Source of the DNA: Pseudomonadaceae bacterium
GTDB lineage: Bacteria > Pseudomonadota > Gammaproteobacteria > Pseudomonadales > Pseudomonadaceae
Length of the DNA stretch: 64,000 nt
Reading direction: 5' to 3'
NCBI GenBank assembly: GCA_038114645.1
Contig: JAYNRF010000017.1
Span: forward strand, 13,536-77,535
Of the stretch, positions 59,821 to 64,000 are shown piece by piece (within the stretch, counting starts at the first letter, position 1; the number at the start of each line of letters is the position of its first letter). Under the pieces are notes generated by a model that did not search any database, had not been told where the DNA came from, and worked only from the letters and a program-made list of their open reading frames with translations. The position numbers were made by a program, and so were the translations under genes.

Positions 59821-61629
59821 ATGACGAACTTATTCTTGCGTGGTTTGGGGGTTGTGACGCTGTCTGTCGCTGTTACGGGGCTTGCTGGCTGCAAGTCTGG
59901 TGGCGGTGGCGGTGGAGATGGTGCTAGTCCAGAGGCGCCGTCTTCCGGTCCGGTGGTAACGCTGGATTACGGGCTGAAAGCATTCGAGTTCAGCTGGGAT
60001 GCGGTCACCGAAGCAACTTATTACCAGCTCTATGAAAATATCGGTGGTAATGAGGGTTACCTGTTGGTGGCCGACGACATCACTGATCTTGGCTACACCT
60101 TGCAAAATGTCGCGTTGTACAGTCGGGTCAACAGCAGTTATCTGGTAGCAGCCTGTAACGCCGGTGGGTGTACTGACTCCAGCCCGGTTTTCGTTTCCGC
60201 CCACTTGAGGGAAGCGATTGGCTACTTCAAAGCATCCAATTCTGACGCTGGCGACAACTTTGGTCGTTCTGTTGCGCTTTCTGCGGATGGCAACACCTTG
60301 GTCATCGGTGCCTTCGACGAATATGGCGATGCCAGCAGTACGGCCGCCAATCCGAACAACAACGCCTCGAACGCTGGTGCTGTTTATGTTTTTGACAAGG
60401 ACGGCGACGGTGCCTGGCAGCAGGCAGCTTACCTGAAGGCGAGCAATGCTGAGGCTGGCGACGAATTCGGCCTATCCGTTGCTGTTAGCGACGATGGAGC
60501 CGTTATTGCTGTCGGAGCCGCCCTGGAAGATGGCGACGCCAACAGCACTGTTGCGAGCCCGAACAATGGTGCGCCTAGCAGCGGGGCAGCGTACGTGTTC
60601 ACCAAACAGAATGGCAGCTGGGCGCAAAGTGCTTATATCAAGGCAGCGAACGCTGAGGCTAATGACTATTTCGGCCAGTCGGTGGCGCTGTCGGCTGATG
60701 GCAGTCGTCTTGCGGTAGGGGCTTATCTGGAGAGAGGTGATGCCAGCAGCACCAGCACCAATCCGAACAACAACGCCTATAACGCCGGTGCCGCCTATGT
60801 ATTCAGTTTCAGCGGTGGGGCCTGGGTGCAAGATGCCTATCTGAAGGCGAGTAACGCGGCTATTGATGACTATTTTGGCCATGAGCTGGATCTTTCCGCT
60901 GATGGCGATACATTGGTTGTTGGCGCACATGCCGAAGATGGCGACAGGACCAGCACCGCAGACGCCCCCAACGACAACGCATCCTATGCTGGTGCTGTCT
61001 ATGTATTCACCAATGACGGTGGGGTGTGGAGCCAGTCGGCTTATCTGAAGGCCGAGAACGCGGCTGTCGCGCAGTACTTTGGTTACGACGTGGCGCTGTC
61101 CGCTGACGGAGCCACCCTGGTGGCTGGGGCGATTGGTGAGTCAGGTGATGCGAGCAGCGTCATGGGGAGCACCAATACCAATGCGTCAAGTGCTGGCGCG
61201 ATCTATGTGTTTACGTTGGACGGCGGCGTTTGGGAGCAGACGGGGTATCTCAAGGCAAGTAATGCCGGGTCCGGTGACGAGTTGGGCTATTCCGTTGCGG
61301 TAAGCAGCGACGGTACCGCTGTGATCACTGGTGCGGTCTATGAAGATGGCAGCAGCGCCGGGATTGATGGCGCCGATAATGATTCAAGCCCTTATGCAGG
61401 CGCAGCTTACATATTCAGACTGGTCAACGGCGAGTGGACGCAGCAGAGCTATCTCAAGGCCAGCAACGCCCTTAGCTACAATTACTTTGGAACTGCGGTC
61501 GCGTTGGCAGATGATGGCACTGCTGCGGTAAGCGCGTATCCAGAAGGCAACGGCGCGTCCGGAATAAGCCATGGCGTGACTACGAACAACAATGCCTTGG
61601 GCGCTTCAGGAGCGGTTTGGCTCTATTGA
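59821..61629 (+). CDS. lipoprotein with an FN3-like module and a seven-blade FG-GAP-like beta-propeller
   Basis: 602 aa with a lipobox (VTGLAGC), a Gly-rich linker, and seven repeats built on YLKASNA..D.FG.SVALSADG..L.VGA..E.GDASS....PN.NA..AGA.YVF...GG.W.Q. Confidence 0.75.
   Translation: MTNLFLRGLGVVTLSVAVTGLAGCKSGGGGGGDGASPEAPSSGPVVTLDYGLKAFEFSWDAVTEATYYQLYENIGGNEGYLLVADDITDLGYTLQNVALYSRVNSSYLVAACNAGGCTDSSPVFVSAHLREAIGYFKASNSDAGDNFGRSVALSADGNTLVIGAFDEYGDASSTAANPNNNASNAGAVYVFDKDGDGAWQQAAYLKASNAEAGDEFGLSVAVSDDGAVIAVGAALEDGDANSTVASPNNGAPSSGAAYVFTKQNGSWAQSAYIKAANAEANDYFGQSVALSADGSRLAVGAYLERGDASSTSTNPNNNAYNAGAAYVFSFSGGAWVQDAYLKASNAAIDDYFGHELDLSADGDTLVVGAHAEDGDRTSTADAPNDNASYAGAVYVFTNDGGVWSQSAYLKAENAAVAQYFGYDVALSADGATLVAGAIGESGDASSVMGSTNTNASSAGAIYVFTLDGGVWEQTGYLKASNAGSGDELGYSVAVSSDGTAVITGAVYEDGSSAGIDGADNDSSPYAGAAYIFRLVNGEWTQQSYLKASNALSYNYFGTAVALADDGTAAVSAYPEGNGASGISHGVTTNNNALGASGAVWLY
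60223..61626 (+). repeat. seven tandem coding repeats (69,68,68,68,68,68,59 codons) inside the lipoprotein gene
   Basis: Repeat units start at 60223, 60430, 60634, 60838, 61042, 61246 and 61450, each at a Tyr codon of Y(L/F/I)KA. They are diverged at the DNA level. Confidence 0.8.
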
Positions 61630-61854
61630 CAGCAATGCGCTTCTCTTGAGGTTGGCAGCTTGGTCAAACGAGTCGATGCGTTCTGTTGTTTTAGCATCGC
61701 TCTTTGGGCAAAAGGATGAGCTGCGTTGTACGCATCGACTCCCGTAACACTGACCTGGTGTTCGTGTCGCTGGAGCGGGTGGGGTGGCGGCAATTGGGCT
61801 GCAGCCTGGCAAAGTTCGGCCGCAAGGCACCGGGCATGAAAAATTGAGACATCG

Positions 61855-62856
61855 ATGTACACAGATGAAGATTTGTACGCAGCAGTAAAAGACGGTGTGC
61901 TCGATGAAACGGCGGTTGAGCGCTTCCGCGACTACGTGTCTGGCCGCGCCCATACCCGGCTGGTGGATGAAGAAAACTTCCGGCTGATATCCGGCTTTAA
62001 CGACATCTTCGTCAGCATTGCAGCGTTCATCCTGCTGGCGTCGGCGGGTTGGGTGTTTGGCCTGCAATCACCTGCATTGGGCTTCTGCGTGGTTGCGATG
62101 CTGTCATGGGGTTTGTCGGTGTTCTTCGTCAAACGCCGCAAGCTGGCACTGCCTGCGGTGCTGTTGCTGGCCTCGTTTGTACTTAGCACGGTTGCGTTCC
62201 TGGTCTCCGCGCAGGTTGCTGCGGGAATAGAAAAAGACACCGCGATCATGGTTGCTACTGCCATTGGTGCTTTAGCAGCCTGGGCGCATTGGCAGCAGTT
62301 TCATGTGCCGATCACCGTCGCTGCCGGTGTCGCCAGTTTGCTTGCGTTCCTGCTGGCGCTGCTGATGCAGCTTGAAGGCTTGCGCGCGTTCATCAACTAC
62401 TTCCTCTGCGGCGCGGGGCTGGCCACCTTCCTGCTGGCGATGCGTTGGGACGCGCAGGATGTTGATAGAACCACCAGAAAGTCAGACGTCGCCTTTTGGC
62501 TGCATCTGCTGGCTGCCCCGTTGATCGTGCATCCGGTGTTTTCTGCGCTGGGGCTGTTTGACGGCAACGGCGGCTTGTTCGGCATCGCAGCAGTCATTGC
62601 CCTGTACTTGCTGCTGGCGGTGGTCTCGATCACTGTGGATCGCCGCGCATTGATGGTGTCGTCACTGATCTACGTGGTGTACGCCTTCCGCGAACTGTTC
62701 GAGACCTACGGCTCGCTTAGCTCCAGCCTGGCGATATCCGGCCTGTTTATCGGCTCCATGCTGTTGCTGCTGTCAGCGTTCTGGCATCGCAGCAGAGAGA
62801 TACTGCTGCACGTATTACCGCAGTCGGTGGGCAGATACGTACCGCCAACGAGCTGA
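61855..62856 (+). CDS. hypothetical polytopic membrane protein with a ~45-aa cytoplasmic N-terminus
   Basis: 333-aa ORF with about 8 hydrophobic segments. No family recognised. Confidence 0.6.
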   Translation: MYTDEDLYAAVKDGVLDETAVERFRDYVSGRAHTRLVDEENFRLISGFNDIFVSIAAFILLASAGWVFGLQSPALGFCVVAMLSWGLSVFFVKRRKLALPAVLLLASFVLSTVAFLVSAQVAAGIEKDTAIMVATAIGALAAWAHWQQFHVPITVAAGVASLLAFLLALLMQLEGLRAFINYFLCGAGLATFLLAMRWDAQDVDRTTRKSDVAFWLHLLAAPLIVHPVFSALGLFDGNGGLFGIAAVIALYLLLAVVSITVDRRALMVSSLIYVVYAFRELFETYGSLSSSLAISGLFIGSMLLLLSAFWHRSREILLHVLPQSVGRYVPPTS

Positions 62857-62907
62857 GCATCCAGTCTGATTACCTCCAGCTATTCTGGGATAAAGCGGAG
62901 GTGGCAG

Positions 62908-63327
62908 ATGAACAAAGACATCGTGCGGCATGGCTTGCTCCTGATCTTGCTGGCGCTGGTAGCAGGGCTGTTTGTCCAGGCCATGCCCATACCCCGGTTG
63001 GGATTATCGGCGCATACCATCGGCATACTCAGCGGCGTCTTGCTGATCGCGCTAGGTGCCGTTTGGCAACTGTTCACACTCGGCCCGCGGCAGCAGCGGG
63101 TGATGTACTGGAGTTGGGTGTATTCCAGCTACGCCAACTGGCTGGCCTGCCTGATCGGCGCTGCCAGCGGAGCAGGGCAGATGACCCCATTAGCCGCCGC
63201 CGGCAGCACCGGCCCCGCATTCGCGGAAACCGTGATGGCGTTGATGTTGAGCAGCGTGGTCGTCACCTCGCTGCTGGCAGTGGGTTTGGCAATCTACGGC
63301 TTGCGGGCAGCAGGCCGCACCAACTGA
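62908..63327 (+). CDS. small 4-TM membrane protein
   Basis: 139 aa with GGAGG 6 nt upstream of the ATG. Vaguely reminiscent of small proteins annotated as hydroxylaminobenzene-mutase-like, unverified. Confidence 0.55.
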   Translation: MNKDIVRHGLLLILLALVAGLFVQAMPIPRLGLSAHTIGILSGVLLIALGAVWQLFTLGPRQQRVMYWSWVYSSYANWLACLIGAASGAGQMTPLAAAGSTGPAFAETVMALMLSSVVVTSLLAVGLAIYGLRAAGRTN

Positions 63328-63643
63328 ACTTCACCTGTGTGACCCCATAGGGAAGAAGTGCTTTACCCATCAGGGAGACAGCGCTATTTTCCCTTTATGG
63401 CAAACCGCCACGTCACGCGAGCCCAAGGATGGCGCCCAACTTCACTCCCAGCCTTTCCGCCTACATGCAACCTCAGTCGAGGCGGCACGGCTGCGCCTGC
63501 TCGTGCGGCAGCTGCGGGGCAGAGGATGATTGAAACGTGAAAATGAAGCGGTCAAGCGAATACAGAGTTGGCAGCGCTGCTGCGCGTAACTCGTTGTTTG
63601 CAATGGAATTTAATTTTCTAATGGGGCGGCGGGAGGCGTTGTT

Positions 63644-63790
63644 ATGAAGACGTCACTGATATGCAGTTATGAAGCCGTCGGTCCAATCAGCTGTTATTTG
63701 CGCGATAGCGAGCGAGACCCAATATCAGCCAAGTGCAAGCTGAATGAAACTGTGAGTATTGAAGTTATGTGTGCTGAGTCCCAACTGTGA
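63644..63790 (+). CDS. candidate small protein (48 aa, 4 Cys)
   Basis: Not in the track (under 60 aa). ATG preceded by GGGAGG at 7-nt spacing: MKTSLICSYEAVGPISCYLRDSERDPISAKCKLNETVSIEVMCAESQL. Lies in 40-53% GC DNA by hand count. Confidence 0.3.
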   Translation: MKTSLICSYEAVGPISCYLRDSERDPISAKCKLNETVSIEVMCAESQL

Positions 63791-63838
63791 TGAGAAAGCG
63801 CAGAATATGAAATTGACAGGCCTCTGCTCGTCGTCAAC

Positions 63839-63909
63839 CCTTAAGACCAACAGGTCGCCGGTAAGCAAGTGGGTGAATTGCTATACCGGACGGCCTGTTG
63901 GTCTTAAGG
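63839..63909. repeat. long near-perfect inverted repeat / hairpin
   Basis: 16-bp perfect arms CCTTAAGACCAACAGG / CCTGTTGGTCTTAAGG. Pairing continues inward (3 bp, one A bulge, 4 bp CCGG, then 5 bp AGCAA/TTGCT) around a 9-nt apical loop. Confidence 0.6.
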
Positions 63910-63931
63910 TAAAGCCGATCCCTGCAATTGC

Positions 63932-64000
63932 TCACTTTCCTCGCTCGCCAGTCGGCAAGCTGGCGGCACATCCATTTGCGTCCGCAAATGTAACTGCGTT
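63932..64000 (-). CDS. 3' end of an unidentified minus-strand ORF entering from beyond the window
   Basis: Open frame from the window edge: ..NAVTFADANGCAASLPTGERGK then TGA (complement of 63932-63934). Too short to identify. Confidence 0.2.
   Translation of the reverse strand, partial: NAVTFADANGCAASLPTGERGK

Noticed and set aside
60223-61626. ~204-nt periodicity as a DNA tandem repeat, VNTR or CRISPR-like array
   Set aside because: The periodicity is in frame within one long ORF and is conserved at the protein level (propeller blades) but diverged at the nucleotide level. There are no identical repeats and no spacers.
62901-63350. 149-aa ORF overlapping the 139-aa membrane-protein ORF in another frame
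   Set aside because: Its composition is Arg/Ala-rich with no hydrophobic pattern. The 62908 frame has a GGAGG ribosome-binding site and four clean TM helices.
63839-63909. Terminal hairpin as an integron attC site or a retron msr/msd element
   Set aside because: No RYYYAAC / GTTRRRY core sites flank the arms. The arms enclose only 39 nt, far less than a retron ncRNA. No integrase or reverse transcriptase is visible, although the window ends 91 nt later, so this cannot be fully excluded.

Overview
GC-rich (roughly 60-65% by eye) gamma-proteobacterial, Pseudomonas-like chromosomal window. It is almost entirely coding. I saw no rRNA, tRNA, CRISPR array, IS element, transposase or integrase. Gene content, left to right: (1) a urease operon, ureD (5' partial) ABCEFG plus a hupE/ureJ nickel permease; (2) a membrane-tethered TAXI-type binding protein; (3) a MoxR / DUF58 / TgpA-like transglutaminase module; (4) assorted membrane proteins and lipoproteins, yjdM and cti; (5) on the minus strand at 17.7-28.4 kb, a tightly coupled type VI secretion half-cluster tssA-tssB-tssC-tssE-tssF-tssG-clpV plus a sigma-54 enhancer-binding protein; (6) small transporters and regulators (DJ-1/PfpI, LysE, AraC, EamA, Bcr/CflA); (7) a soluble chemoreceptor; (8) fabAB; (9) an acyl-CoA ligase; (10) a TonB-receptor / binding-protein-like / hybrid-kinase operon; (11) gpsA-DUF4389-sixA; (12) acyl-CoA synthetase, thioesterase and hydrolase; (13) an Ntn-type acylase; (14) a patatin; (15) selD-selU; (16) an SDR. 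From about 57.6 kb to the right edge there is a visibly lower-GC patch. It holds membrane proteins, a zinc-ribbon/TM2/pilin fusion, a seven-blade FG-GAP-like lipoprotein, and at the very end a small ORF followed by a ~71-nt hairpin. I do not see a clear-cut new multi-gene system. The observations most worth a second look are: the T6SS locus, where clpV carries an in-frame TAG and no hcp, vgrG, PAAR, tssJ/K/L/M or fha occurs anywhere in the 64 kb; the leaderless TM2-pilin fusion; the chemoreceptor with inverted domain order; and the low-GC right end. Many long ORFs in the six-frame track are antisense shadows typical of GC-rich DNA and were rejected. All family names come from reading the translations and from memory; no database search was run.
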